46,238 nucleotides of DNA from an uncultured Akkermansia sp. (GTDB lineage Bacteria > Verrucomicrobiota > Verrucomicrobiia > Methylacidiphilales > Verrucolacustridaceae): positions 1,617-47,854 of the forward strand of contig CAZURF010000001.1 in assembly GCA_964623555.1 (NCBI GenBank), written 5' to 3'. Below the pieces are notes generated by a model that made no database searches, had not been told where the DNA came from, and saw only the letters and a list, made by a program, of their open reading frames with translations. Shown here piece by piece: positions 18,509 through 28,462 of this stretch; the stretch's first letter is position 1; the number at the start of each line of letters is the position of its first letter. The translations under genes were made by a program, and so were the position numbers.

Positions 18509-20320
18509 ATGCTTTCCAAAGAAGCGCGGAAAAAGTTGTCCGAGAACCGTTGTACCCGCTCCTGGGCCTGGCGCGGCGTGTACGCCCTCGGCTCCCTGGA
18601 TCTGGCCATTCTTCTTCTCCTGAGCTTGGCGGGGGTGTGCGCCGTGGCCACCTTTCTGGAATCCGGCTTCAGCGCCCGGGTGGCCCGGGCCTACGTCTAC
18701 AATGCTCCCTGGTTCAATGTTTGGCTTCTGCTGCTGGCCCTCAACCTGACGTGCTCTGCCGCCACCCGCTGGCCATGGGAACGGCGGCACGCGGGTTTCG
18801 TTATTACCCACGCCGGCATTCTGGTTCTTTTGGCCGGAGCCCTCCTGGGCCGCTCCAAAGGTTTCGAAGGATCGGTGGATCTTCTCAAGGGAGCACCGCC
18901 CGCCCGCGAGATCCTTCTCGACCGTCCCCGCCTCACCGTGGAAAGCCCCGCCACTGGTCAGCTGTTTTCCACCCCGTTTGACCCCGAGGTCCGGCCTCCC
19001 CGTCCCGACCGCCCCCGCCTCCTCCCGCTTCCCGGCTCGGAGGTTCGTTTGAAGGTGGACGGCTTCACCCGCCGTTCCCACGAGAAGGCCGTGCTCACGC
19101 CCGACCCCACGACCGGGCAACCCGGGCTGGCTCTTGAACTCACCGGCCCCTTTGGCCCCGATCCCATTTCCGCCTCCCTCGCCTTGGACAACTTTCCCCG
19201 GCTCGATCTTGGAAATCTGGCTGTTTTGGAGTTCAAAAAATCCCTGTCGGAAAGTTCGGAGAAGCGCCCGGTCTACCGGGAAACCCAAATGATCCTGGCC
19301 CGGGATCCCTCCCATCCCATCCTCCACAACACCGCGGGCCTCTCCAGCGGCTACCGTTTCTTTGTCGGATCCCGCGACCCAAACGGTCCCATCGAGTTTG
19401 AAATTCTCCGGCCCGACGGCTCCGGCGAGGTCTATCGCCTCTCCGAAATTCTTGAACGTACCCTGGTCGACCCCGACGGCACCCAGATTCTCGCTGCGCG
19501 GTACTGGCCTAATCTGGTTCTCCGGGACGGGCAACCGGCCACAGAGGGGGATCGGCCCGATAACCCCGCCGTGCTTGTCATGCTGGAAGGTTCCGTCGCC
19601 GACCCCACCGCACCCGCCAAACTCATCCTCGCTCCGGGTTCCACTCCGGGAACGTTGCGATTCCGGGGACAGTCCGGAACTGAGAATCCGGCAACGGGCG
19701 AGGTTCGGGTCGGGGAGAAATTTTCCCCGGGGTGGCGCGGTTGGTCGGCTCGGTTGGTCGCCTGGGAGCCGTCCGCCCGCATCGAAACGGTCACGGCCCC
19801 GCTCCCGGATTCCGACCCCCGGCCAGGCCGACCGGCCATTCAGGCTCGTCTGCAAACGGCCGCCGGCCAAGAGGGGCCGTCCCGCTGGATCGCCTCCGGC
19901 ACCTCGGCGATTCTACAAACAGAAGGGGCCGCCTCGCGGATCGGGTTCGGGCTGGAACTTCAGCCCCTGCCATTTACGGTGCGGCTGGACTCCTTCGAGG
20001 TTCCCCGCGATCCCGGCACCGAGGAACCGGCCAACTTCATCGCTTCCGTCATTTTTGCGGAAGAGAAGAAAAACCTCGAGGTACCCGCGAGGCTTCAAAT
20101 GAACCAGCCCGCCACCTTCCCGCCGGGCCTTTGGCCCCAAATCACCGGCCTGTCCTATAAGTTTTCCCAGGCCGGCTGGGATCCCCAAAATCTCAACCGC
20201 ACCACCCTGCAGGTCCTCTACGATCCCGGTTGGCTGCTCAAGTGGTCCGGCTCGCTCCTTGTCGTGGCCGGAATCTTCTCCATGTTCTACCTTCGCAACC
20301 AAAGCTCCACCGGCACATGA
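18509..20320 (+). CDS. resB: Cytochrome c biogenesis protein ResB/CcsB-like (system II)
   Basis: LGSLDLAI, ATFLES, VYNAPWF, GFVITHAG (conserved His), a large periplasmic domain, LPFTVRLDSFEV, MNQP, YKFSQAG, YDPGWLLKWSG and a final TM helix. Directly upstream of ccsA. Confidence 0.85.
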   Translation: MLSKEARKKLSENRCTRSWAWRGVYALGSLDLAILLLLSLAGVCAVATFLESGFSARVARAYVYNAPWFNVWLLLLALNLTCSAATRWPWERRHAGFVITHAGILVLLAGALLGRSKGFEGSVDLLKGAPPAREILLDRPRLTVESPATGQLFSTPFDPEVRPPRPDRPRLLPLPGSEVRLKVDGFTRRSHEKAVLTPDPTTGQPGLALELTGPFGPDPISASLALDNFPRLDLGNLAVLEFKKSLSESSEKRPVYRETQMILARDPSHPILHNTAGLSSGYRFFVGSRDPNGPIEFEILRPDGSGEVYRLSEILERTLVDPDGTQILAARYWPNLVLRDGQPATEGDRPDNPAVLVMLEGSVADPTAPAKLILAPGSTPGTLRFRGQSGTENPATGEVRVGEKFSPGWRGWSARLVAWEPSARIETVTAPLPDSDPRPGRPAIQARLQTAAGQEGPSRWIASGTSAILQTEGAASRIGFGLELQPLPFTVRLDSFEVPRDPGTEEPANFIASVIFAEEKKNLEVPARLQMNQPATFPPGLWPQITGLSYKFSQAGWDPQNLNRTTLQVLYDPGWLLKWSGSLLVVAGIFSMFYLRNQSSTGT

Positions 20321-21882
20321 AAACGACCTATCTCATCATGCTCTTTTGGGCCGCGACCCTGCCCGATATCCTCCAGGCCAAGGTCGTGCTGGCCGAAAAC
20401 GACAAATCCTACGACTCCCTGGCCATCCAGCATCGCGGACGGGTAAAGCCCTTTTTCGGCTTCACCCAGGAAATGACCGCTTCCCTAACCGGCCGGACAA
20501 AGGTCGCCGTGCCGGATGAGGGCCGGCTCGACTCCCGCCGGTTCATTCTTTCCCTTTGGCAAAACCCGACGGGCTGGGAGGACCAGCCGGTGATTCTGGT
20601 CGACAACGCCGCCCTGCGGAAAGAGATCGGGCTGGAGGGAGCCGGCCGCTTCTACAGCTTCCAGCAACTCAACGCTCTGCCTCGGCTGTCCCAACTGGCC
20701 AGTGAAGCCGACGCCGCCCGGGCTTCCGGCACCACGACCCCCGTGCCCCCCTTGGCCTCGGCTGCACAGACCGTCCGGATGCGTCTGGCAATTTTTTCCT
20801 CCCTCCGCTCCGGCGAGGCGTTCCGCGTGTTGCCGCCTCCGGAGGGTTCCCGCCCTGAAGCCTCTTGGGCTCCGGCTCCCTTTCAACCCGCTGATTCCAT
20901 CCGCAACCTGCAGGCGCGGGGGGACTTTTCCCCGGCCAAACTGAAGGCGGAGTCCTTCTACTTCAATTTTCACCCTTTCCGTTGGGCCTGGGTGGCTTGG
21001 CTTCTTTCCGCCATCTGCCTTTGGACTTCCGGGCGGACGGTTTCCAGCCTCGGTCGTCGGCTGGGCTGGCTTTCGGCTCTGGCTGGATTCCTTCTTTTGG
21101 TGGGTGGTATCGCCCTGCGCGTCTGGCTCGCCGGCAGGCCGCCCGTCACCAACATGTATGAAAGCATTCTCTGGGTGGCTTTCGGCACGGCCCTGTTCGC
21201 CCTGATTTTCTCCCTCCGCCACCGCTCCCAGGCCTATCTTCTGGCCGCCGCACCCGTGGTAATCCTTTCACTGATTGCCTCGGACCTGCAGCCCGCCGTG
21301 CTCGATCCGGCGATGAACCCGTTAGTGCCGGTGCTGCGCAGCAACTTCTGGCTCACCACCCACGTGCTGACCGTCACCCTGAGCTACGGGGCTTTCGCCC
21401 TCGCCGCGGCGTTGGGACATTTTCTGGTGATCGGAGCGATCCGCAAAAACTCCCCCTTGTCCAACGACGACCCCGGGGTGCTGCATCTATATCGCTCCCT
21501 CCAGATCGGAATTCTCCTCCTGGCCATCGGCGTGATCCTCGGCGGTGTCTGGGCCAACTACTCCTGGGGGAGGTTTTGGGACTGGGATCCCAAGGAAACG
21601 TGGTCGCTCGTGGCTTTCCTCTCCTACGTGGTCCTGCTCCACGGTCGCCTGGCCGGTTGGTGGACCGGGTACGGTCTGGCCGTCGGATCCATCGCCGGTT
21701 TTCTCACCGTTCTCATGGCCTGGTACGGAGTGAACTTCGTTCTCGGCAAAGGCCTCCACAGCTACGGGTTTGGCTCCGGCGGCCAGTCTTACGTCGCCGG
21801 TTTCGCCTTGGCGGAGATTGCCTTCCTCGCTTTCGCGCTTTGGCGCCGCCCCCGGACTCCTCTTTTTTCCGCTGCCCATTAA
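20317..21882 (+). CDS. ccsA: Cytochrome c biogenesis protein CcsA/ResC with an N-terminal exported domain
   Basis: GRPPVTNMYES, PVLRSNFWLTTHV, WWD domain WANYSWGRFWDWDPKETW, LLHGR, GLHSYG. Start at ATG 20317 (ATGA overlap). Confidence 0.95.
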   Translation: MKTTYLIMLFWAATLPDILQAKVVLAENDKSYDSLAIQHRGRVKPFFGFTQEMTASLTGRTKVAVPDEGRLDSRRFILSLWQNPTGWEDQPVILVDNAALRKEIGLEGAGRFYSFQQLNALPRLSQLASEADAARASGTTTPVPPLASAAQTVRMRLAIFSSLRSGEAFRVLPPPEGSRPEASWAPAPFQPADSIRNLQARGDFSPAKLKAESFYFNFHPFRWAWVAWLLSAICLWTSGRTVSSLGRRLGWLSALAGFLLLVGGIALRVWLAGRPPVTNMYESILWVAFGTALFALIFSLRHRSQAYLLAAAPVVILSLIASDLQPAVLDPAMNPLVPVLRSNFWLTTHVLTVTLSYGAFALAAALGHFLVIGAIRKNSPLSNDDPGVLHLYRSLQIGILLLAIGVILGGVWANYSWGRFWDWDPKETWSLVAFLSYVVLLHGRLAGWWTGYGLAVGSIAGFLTVLMAWYGVNFVLGKGLHSYGFGSGGQSYVAGFALAEIAFLAFALWRRPRTPLFSAAH

Positions 21883-21891
21883 ACTGACCCC

Positions 21892-22257
21892 GTGTCGGCC
21901 ACGCTCTCCCTCCTCGATCTTAAGCTCCCCACTCACATCGGCGTTCCGGATGCCGAACGCCGCAAATCTCAGACCCTGCTCTGCTCAGCCTGGTTCCCGG
22001 TCCCGTCCCTGGCCTCGGCCGCCCGGGATGACGATCTGCGGAAAACCGTCGACTACCACGCCCTCAGCAAGGTCCTGCAGGCCGAAGCCCGCCGGGTTCC
22101 CCGGAAGCTTCTGGAGCGCCTCGCCACCGATCTGGCCCGCGTCGCGTTTAGCCGTTTCCGGATTCCTTGGATCGAGTTGGAGTTGAAAAAATTCATCCTA
22201 CCCCAAACTCGGCATGTCTCCCTGCGGGTCCGTTTCACCCGAACCAACCTGCGCTAA
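21892..22257 (+). CDS. folB: Dihydroneopterin aldolase
   Basis: HIGVPDAER, TVDY, KLLERLA and LELKKFILP; about 120 aa. Confidence 0.88.
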   Translation: MSATLSLLDLKLPTHIGVPDAERRKSQTLLCSAWFPVPSLASAARDDDLRKTVDYHALSKVLQAEARRVPRKLLERLATDLARVAFSRFRIPWIELELKKFILPQTRHVSLRVRFTRTNLR

Positions 22258-22306
22258 TCGGCCGATTCGGCTTTCCCGCCTAGGGGATTTTTTTTATTTT
22301 TTCACG

Positions 22307-24811
22307 ATGCCTTGGCTTCTCCTTTTTCTCGTTTTCCTTGTCTCGCCGGCGCGGGCCGTCCTGCCCGTCGAAATGGCGGCAGGAACGAATCCGGATTCCA
22401 TCCTGCTCCGCTTCCGGAAACTGCCCGATGCCTCCAAACCCCTCCTGATCGTCGCCACTTCCTCGGGGCCGAATGGCGCCGGTCTGGTCCCCTTCGGCCA
22501 AAACAGGACCGGCTCCACTGTCTTTCTTCCCTTCCAGGCGGATCATGTCCTCCTGGTGCGGCCGGGTGCGGAAACCAAGGTGGCTCTGCGGAAGTTCAAC
22601 GGATTCGGCCTGGCTCCTGAAACCAAAGATCCGGCCGGAGTGAACCTCACCGCAAACCAGGACGGTTCCCTGGAGCTACAGATCCCGCGAACCTGGGCCG
22701 GAACCAATGGTATGATCGGCCTGGCTGCGGCCCTCAAGGACATGTCCGCCAACGGGGGCTGGGGACGGGTGGTGGACTCGACGGATCCTTACCTCTTTCC
22801 CGGGGAAAACGACCGCTATCTTTCCCATTACCTCTCCTTCCCGCTGCCGGCGGTCGGGGCGAAAGATCCCTCCGTCTCCACGCTGGTGCCGCGCGGCGCC
22901 GGCAAACTGCGGATCTACCAGATGTTTCCCCGCCTTTTTGGCAATACCAACACCAACCGGATCCCCAACGGCACTTACGAGCAGAACGGCTGCGGCAAGT
23001 TTGCCGATCTCAATGACCGGGCCCTGGCTTCCCTGAAGCAGCTCGGTTTCGACGCCGTTTGGGTGACCGGCGTCCTCCGCCAAGCCACCACCCGCGACTA
23101 CTCCTCCCTCGGGCTTCCTCCCGACGATCCCGATCTCTTGAAGGGCATCGCCGGCAGCCCGTACGCGATCCGCGATTATTTCGACGTTTGCCCCGACTAC
23201 GCCGTGGATCCCGCCAGGCGCATCGAGGAGTTCAAGGCGCTGCTCGCCCGCGCCAAAAAGCACAACTTGAAAATTTTCATGGATTTCGTCCCCAACCATG
23301 TCGCCCGGAGCCACGCCTCGGTTGTCCATCCGGAACGCGACTTCGGCAAGGACGACAAGGGGACGGAGTTTTTCTCTTCGGATGATTTTTACTATCTGAA
23401 AAACAGCTCCGAAGGCCCCCCCCTGCGGCTGGCCACTTTCGACCCCAAGAAAAAGGAACCTCTCACTCCCACCACCAAGGTCATCTGGGAGGATCAGGAC
23501 GGCCGCTTCCCTGGCCTGAAAGAAAAAATCGACGGCCTTTTCCCTCCCGAAGCCAAACGTGCCCGCGTGACCGGGGACAACCAGAACACCTGGCTGCCCA
23601 GTCAGGACTGCTGGTACGAGACCATTAAATTCAACTACGGCTACGATTTCACCCGGGGGGCCAAGGGAAAACGCAAGCACCCCACCGTCCAGCAGCCGGA
23701 TGTCCCCGTCCCCAACCTTTGGAAAAAAATGGATGCCGTCCTCGCGTATTGGCAGGAAATGGGGGTCGACGGCTTCCGATGCGACGTCGCGCACATCGTT
23801 CCGTCGGAATTCTGGCACTGGGCCCTTGCCCGGGCCCGGGAACGCAATCCCAAGACCTTTTTCTATGCCGAGTGTTACGAGGGCGATGTGCGCCTCGAGG
23901 TGCCTGACGCCAATCCGGACCTGGCTCCCTTCAAATCGAACCCCACCAGTCTGCTGGAGGCGGGTTTTGACGCCGTTTACGGCCACGACGCCTACAAGCG
24001 CCTGATGGAAATTTACCACGAGAAAGCGTGGGCCAATGATCTCGACAGCGCCGGCCGGGCCGGTTTTGTCGGCGACAACTCGGTCCGCTACGCCGAAAAC
24101 CACGACGAGGTTCGCGTGGCCTCACCCCAGATCTCCCCCAAACACTGGGGCGGTCATGGGCCCCTCGTGGGTCGTCCGGTTTCCGGGATTCTTTTCGGCC
24201 TCTCCCGTGGGCCGGTCATGGTTTACTACGGCCAGGAAGTGGGCGAGCCCGCTGATGTGGGCGCCGCCGGCTTCGAACTGGACAAAGGTCGCACCACCTT
24301 TTTCGACTACTGGTCCGTGCCCACCCTCATCCAGTGGATGAATGACGGCAAGTACGACGGGGGCGGCTTGCCGGACCTCAACCGGGAACTCCGGGCTTTC
24401 TACGGTCGCCTACTCAACAGCCTGACTCATCCGGCTCTCGCCCAGGGGAATTTTATCCCCCTGAATCCGGCCAACCGCGAAAATCCCACCTTTGAGGTGG
24501 CAGGTGGAAAACAAGAGCCCGGGCGCTGGCTTTACTCCTTCCTCCGGTACGACCCGGTCTCCCGGCGTTCCCTTCTGGTCGTTGCGAATCTCCATCCCAA
24601 ACAAGAGGCTCCCAACGTCCGCCTGAAATTCTCCGAAGAAGCCATCCGTCTGCTTGCCCTGCCGGCGGAAGCCACGCTGAAGGGTTCGGATCTCCTCTCG
24701 GCCAAGCCCTCTCCCGTATCCGCCCCGGTGAAAGACCTGCTCACGGGTGGCCTGCCCCTTCCCAAGCTACCCCCGCTTTCCGTCGCCTATCTGGATCTCA
24801 CCACCAAATAA
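22307..24811 (+). CDS. Secreted GH13 alpha-amylase-family glycoside hydrolase (GH13_38-like) with an extra N-terminal domain
   Basis: Signal peptide ending PARA-V. IYQMFPRLFGN, GSPYAIRDY, MDFVPNH and catalytic triad GFRCDVAH / YAECY / ENHDE. Start at ATG 22307. Confidence 0.9.
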   Translation: MPWLLLFLVFLVSPARAVLPVEMAAGTNPDSILLRFRKLPDASKPLLIVATSSGPNGAGLVPFGQNRTGSTVFLPFQADHVLLVRPGAETKVALRKFNGFGLAPETKDPAGVNLTANQDGSLELQIPRTWAGTNGMIGLAAALKDMSANGGWGRVVDSTDPYLFPGENDRYLSHYLSFPLPAVGAKDPSVSTLVPRGAGKLRIYQMFPRLFGNTNTNRIPNGTYEQNGCGKFADLNDRALASLKQLGFDAVWVTGVLRQATTRDYSSLGLPPDDPDLLKGIAGSPYAIRDYFDVCPDYAVDPARRIEEFKALLARAKKHNLKIFMDFVPNHVARSHASVVHPERDFGKDDKGTEFFSSDDFYYLKNSSEGPPLRLATFDPKKKEPLTPTTKVIWEDQDGRFPGLKEKIDGLFPPEAKRARVTGDNQNTWLPSQDCWYETIKFNYGYDFTRGAKGKRKHPTVQQPDVPVPNLWKKMDAVLAYWQEMGVDGFRCDVAHIVPSEFWHWALARARERNPKTFFYAECYEGDVRLEVPDANPDLAPFKSNPTSLLEAGFDAVYGHDAYKRLMEIYHEKAWANDLDSAGRAGFVGDNSVRYAENHDEVRVASPQISPKHWGGHGPLVGRPVSGILFGLSRGPVMVYYGQEVGEPADVGAAGFELDKGRTTFFDYWSVPTLIQWMNDGKYDGGGLPDLNRELRAFYGRLLNSLTHPALAQGNFIPLNPANRENPTFEVAGGKQEPGRWLYSFLRYDPVSRRSLLVVANLHPKQEAPNVRLKFSEEAIRLLALPAEATLKGSDLLSAKPSPVSAPVKDLLTGGLPLPKLPPLSVAYLDLTTK

Positions 24812-24876
24812 ACATCGGGGCACGCCCACCCCCCTTCTCCTGCAACCCCTTCCAAATTTTCACGCCTCCCGCTTTT

Positions 24877-26877
24877 TTACGCCGTCTCTTCCACCAGTTG
24901 GGGAACACTTTTCCCGCTGAATTTTCTCCACCAAACCCGGGCGCAGGCCCCCAACACCAACACCACTAGGACCAGGAAAAAGGCTGTCACCCCGGCGTTG
25001 ATGCCTTGGGCGGTCGCCAGCTTGCCTTGCCCGGCCTCGGCGGCCTTTTGCATTCCGGACAAGAATCCCAGCCGCGGATCGGGGCTGAAAATCTTCATCC
25101 AGCCCGCGGAAAAGGTCACCGTCACCAGCCATGCCAGCGGCAGGAGCGTCACCCAGGCCAAACGGGCCCGATCCATCTTGATCAGCACGGTGGTCGCCAA
25201 ACCCAGGGCCATCACCGCCAGTAGTTGGTTGGCCACGCCGAAAATCGGCCAGAGACTGTTGATGCCGCCTTCCGGATCCACCACTCCCTGGTAAAGAAAC
25301 CACCCCCATCCGGCGACAAACAGCACGCTGCCCAGCACGTTGCCCGCGGAAGAATGGACCTGTCCCCAAGGCCGGTGCAGCCAGCCCAACACTTCCTGCA
25401 CAAGAAAGCGCCCGATCCGGGTGCCCGCATCGATGGTCGTCAGGATGAACAGGGCCTCGAACATGATCGCGAAGTGATACCAGAAGGCCATGCCGGTCTG
25501 ACCCAGGCCCCCGAGGGAACGGGCGAAGATCTGGGCCATGCCCACGGCGAACGTGGGCGCACCGCCCGTGCGCCCGATCATCGAATTTTCCCCCACAGAT
25601 CTCGCCAGGTCCTCCATCTGCTTTTCCGTCACCGGGAAACCCATTTCTGTCACCCGCTGCACCACGGCCCCCGGCTCCCCGCGCAGGTTGATCGCAAAAT
25701 ATTCCCCCGGCGGCATTGCACATGCCGCCACCAGGGCCAGCACGCCCACACACATCTCCGTGATCATGGCCCCGTACCCCACCAGGCGGATGTCCGCCTC
25801 GCTCGCCAGAAGCTTGGGCGTGGTGCCGGAAGCAACCAGGCAGTGAAAGCCGCTGATCGCACCGCAGGCGATGGTGATGAAACAGAACGGGAACACCGGG
25901 CCGGCAAAAATCGGACCGGTCCCATCGATGAAACGTGTCAGCGCCGGCATTTCCAGCTGCGGGGCGAGGAAGGCGACCACCACGCCCAGGGCCGCGACCG
26001 TTCCGATTTTCAGAAAGGAACTCAGGTAATCCCGCGGCGCCAGGAGAAGCCACACCGGAAGCACGCTGGCCGCCAAACCGTAGCCCATCACCGCCCAGGC
26101 CAACGTGGTCGATTTCCAGGTAAACATTTGCGCAAGGACCGGGGTTGCCGCCGCCCAGCTTCCCGCCCAAACGCAGCCGATCAAACCCAGGACACCCAGA
26201 ATCGTCACCACCAAGGTTCTTCGGCTTCCCGCCCCACGCATCCCCAGCCCCATCGCCAGCGCCAGCGGCATGGTCAGGACAATGGTGAACAGCCCCCAAG
26301 GGCTTTCCGCGAGGGCTTTCACCACCACCAAAGCCAGCACCGCCATCAGCATGGTGATGATTCCCAGCAGACCCACCACGGCCAACGTGCCGGCGACCGG
26401 ACCGACCTCTTCCCGCAGCATCTGCCCCACCGATTTGCCCCGCCGCCGCAGACTCAGCCAAAGGATGATGCTGTCGTGCACCGCCCCGCCAAGCACCGCG
26501 CCGATCAAAATCCAGAGAAGCCCCGGCAGATATCCGAATTGGGCGGCCAAAACCGGCCCCACCAACGGACCCGGGCCGGCGATCGCCGCAAAGTGATGCC
26601 CAAAAACCACCCAGCGGTTGGTTTTGACGAAGTCCTGGCCGTCGGCGTGGCGTTCCGCGGGTGTTTTGCGGTTGGGATCGATGCTCAGGACCGTGGCCAT
26701 TAACCACGCGCTGTGAAAACGGTATCCGATCGCATAGACGCAGCCCGTGGCCACAATGAGCCAAAGGGCGTTGACCGGCTCCCCCCGCTCAAAAGCCACC
26801 ACTCCCAGGGAGGCGGCCCCCACCAGGGCCACCATCAACCACCCCAGCTTCCCTGGCTTGGAAATCCTCTTTTTCAC
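24877..26877 (-). CDS. cstA: Carbon starvation protein A (CstA/BtsT peptide-pyruvate transporter)
   Basis: FGHHFAAIAGPGPLVGP, LLAPRDYLS, ITIACGAISGFH, GRTGGAPTFAVGMA, FEALFILTT, LWPIFGVANQLL. Confidence 0.96.
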   Translation of the reverse strand: MKKRISKPGKLGWLMVALVGAASLGVVAFERGEPVNALWLIVATGCVYAIGYRFHSAWLMATVLSIDPNRKTPAERHADGQDFVKTNRWVVFGHHFAAIAGPGPLVGPVLAAQFGYLPGLLWILIGAVLGGAVHDSIILWLSLRRRGKSVGQMLREEVGPVAGTLAVVGLLGIITMLMAVLALVVVKALAESPWGLFTIVLTMPLALAMGLGMRGAGSRRTLVVTILGVLGLIGCVWAGSWAAATPVLAQMFTWKSTTLAWAVMGYGLAASVLPVWLLLAPRDYLSSFLKIGTVAALGVVVAFLAPQLEMPALTRFIDGTGPIFAGPVFPFCFITIACGAISGFHCLVASGTTPKLLASEADIRLVGYGAMITEMCVGVLALVAACAMPPGEYFAINLRGEPGAVVQRVTEMGFPVTEKQMEDLARSVGENSMIGRTGGAPTFAVGMAQIFARSLGGLGQTGMAFWYHFAIMFEALFILTTIDAGTRIGRFLVQEVLGWLHRPWGQVHSSAGNVLGSVLFVAGWGWFLYQGVVDPEGGINSLWPIFGVANQLLAVMALGLATTVLIKMDRARLAWVTLLPLAWLVTVTFSAGWMKIFSPDPRLGFLSGMQKAAEAGQGKLATAQGINAGVTAFFLVLVVLVLGACARVWWRKFSGKSVPQLVEETA

Positions 26878-26883
26878 CTTCGC

Positions 26884-26912
26884 ATCCTAGGGGCTGGGGA
26901 AAACTCCGTCTA
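26884..26912 (-). promoter_or_regulatory. Putative sigma70-type promoter, leaderless geometry, for cstA
   Basis: TAGACG-17 nt-TAGGAT-6 nt-GTG(26877). Confidence 0.55.
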
Positions 26913-26952
26913 TCCGCCTTGTCTTGCCGTCGTTTCCGGTTAATTACGCAGG

Positions 26953-27342
26953 ATGCAAATTAAGCCGATCCGTCTCCTCTCGCTTCTCATAGTCCTCGGG
27001 TTGGTCGCCTCCTCGGCGGCATGGTCTCAGGACGCTAACCGCGATCTCACCAAGAAAAAGGAAAAGGCCAAAAAGGAAAGCCGGGACGAAGACGCGGGCG
27101 AGCCTTGGAAAAAAATGCCCCTCCTGCTCGACCGTCCCGAAAAACCCTACGAGGTCATCGGACTGGTCAGCGCCCCTCAGGTCTTTCTCTGGGACGATGA
27201 GGAAGCCATGAAGGAGTCGATGCAGAAGCAAGCTTGGAAGATGAGGGCGGATGCCGTCATTCTCGACCGGGTCGACACCAGCTTCCGCTTCACCGGCCCC
27301 GCCGGCGGCGCCAACGGCCGGGCGATTCGGTACAAGGAATGA
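26953..27342 (+). CDS. Small secreted hypothetical protein, YbjQ/dodecin-like fold suspected
   Basis: Signal peptide ending AWS-Q. PEKPYEVIGLV...MQKQAWKMRADAVIL...GRAIRY matches the pattern of YbjQ-like small domains. Confidence 0.65.
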   Translation: MQIKPIRLLSLLIVLGLVASSAAWSQDANRDLTKKKEKAKKESRDEDAGEPWKKMPLLLDRPEKPYEVIGLVSAPQVFLWDDEEAMKESMQKQAWKMRADAVILDRVDTSFRFTGPAGGANGRAIRYKE

Positions 27343-27352
27343 GTTCCGCGGC

Positions 27353-28453
27353 TTAGGCCGCCAAACCCATCTCCATTTTTTCAATCAACTGGTAATCGTT
27401 GGTCCTTTGCCGGGGCTCGTAGCCCGCCTCGCGGATCAGGCGGCGCATCTCTTCGAGGCTTAGGCGGAAGCTCGTCCCCGCACTCGATACGACGTTCTCC
27501 TCCATCATCAGGCTGCCGAAATCGTTGGCCCCGTACTTGAGGGCCACCTGCCCCATCGCCGGTCCCTGCGTGACCCAGCTGGACTGCACGTTCGGGATGT
27601 TATCCAGGAAGATCCGAGCCAGCGCCTGCATCCGCAGGTATTCGTGGGATCCGGTCTTTTCGGCCTTCAGCACGGTGTGCTCGGGCTGGAAGGTCCAGCA
27701 GATGAAGGCCGTGAAGCCGCCCGTCCGGTCCTGCAATTGCCGCAGACGATCCAGATGCTCGATGCGCTCCTCCACCGTCTCCACGTGGCCGAACATCATC
27801 GTGGCGCTGGAGCGGAGCCCTTGGCTGTGCCCAATCTCCATCACCTTCAGCCAGGCCTCGGTGTCACATTTGCGAGGGGCAATCCGCTGCCGCACGCGAT
27901 CGACCAGGATTTCGGCGCCGCCCCCCGGAATGCTCCCCAGACCCGCCTCCCGGAATTCAGCAATGACTTTCTCCAGCGGCATCCGGAAAACCCCGGCAAA
28001 GTGGTTGAACTCGGGGGGTGAAAACCCGTGGATGTTCACCTGGGGATACTTTTCCTTCAGGTGCCGGAGCAGGTCGAGATACCACTCCAAGCCCAGCTTC
28101 GGATGATGCCCCCCCTGCAAAAGGATCTGGTTTCCTCCGACGGCCACTAACTCGTCGATCTTGCGGTCGATCTGTTCGTGGCTGAGGACGTAATGATCCG
28201 GATCCGTCTCGGTCCGGTAAAAGGCGCAAAACTTGCAGTAAACGTCACACACATTGGTGTAGTTGATGTTCCGGTCCACGATGTAGGTGACCACTTCTTC
28301 GCCCCGGCCATCGTAGGCGGACCGCTTGGCCAGATTTCTGCGGGCATCCGCCAACTCCCCCAGCCAAGGCAGGGGCCCACGATACAGTTCCAGGGCTTCC
28401 GCCGCGGAGATCCGTCGCCCCTCCCGGATCTTTTTCTCCAGGTCGCGGTTCAT
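27353..28453 (-). CDS. mqnC: Cyclic dehypoxanthinyl futalosine synthase (radical SAM, futalosine menaquinone pathway)
   Basis: VTYIVDRNINYTNVCDVYCKFCAF (CxxxCxxC), LLQGGHHP, SIPGGGAEIL, AFICWTFQP, QSSWVTQG, GANDFGSLMMEENVV. Confidence 0.92.
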   Translation of the reverse strand: MNRDLEKKIREGRRISAAEALELYRGPLPWLGELADARRNLAKRSAYDGRGEEVVTYIVDRNINYTNVCDVYCKFCAFYRTETDPDHYVLSHEQIDRKIDELVAVGGNQILLQGGHHPKLGLEWYLDLLRHLKEKYPQVNIHGFSPPEFNHFAGVFRMPLEKVIAEFREAGLGSIPGGGAEILVDRVRQRIAPRKCDTEAWLKVMEIGHSQGLRSSATMMFGHVETVEERIEHLDRLRQLQDRTGGFTAFICWTFQPEHTVLKAEKTGSHEYLRMQALARIFLDNIPNVQSSWVTQGPAMGQVALKYGANDFGSLMMEENVVSSAGTSFRLSLEEMRRLIREAGYEPRQRTNDYQLIEKMEMGLAA

Positions 28454-28462
28454 CGTATCGGT

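Noticed and set aside
24860-26764. 634-aa same-strand alternative-frame ORF over cstA
   Set aside because: Gly/Arg/Pro-rich off-frame translation. cstA is intact in its own frame, so no frameshift is needed.
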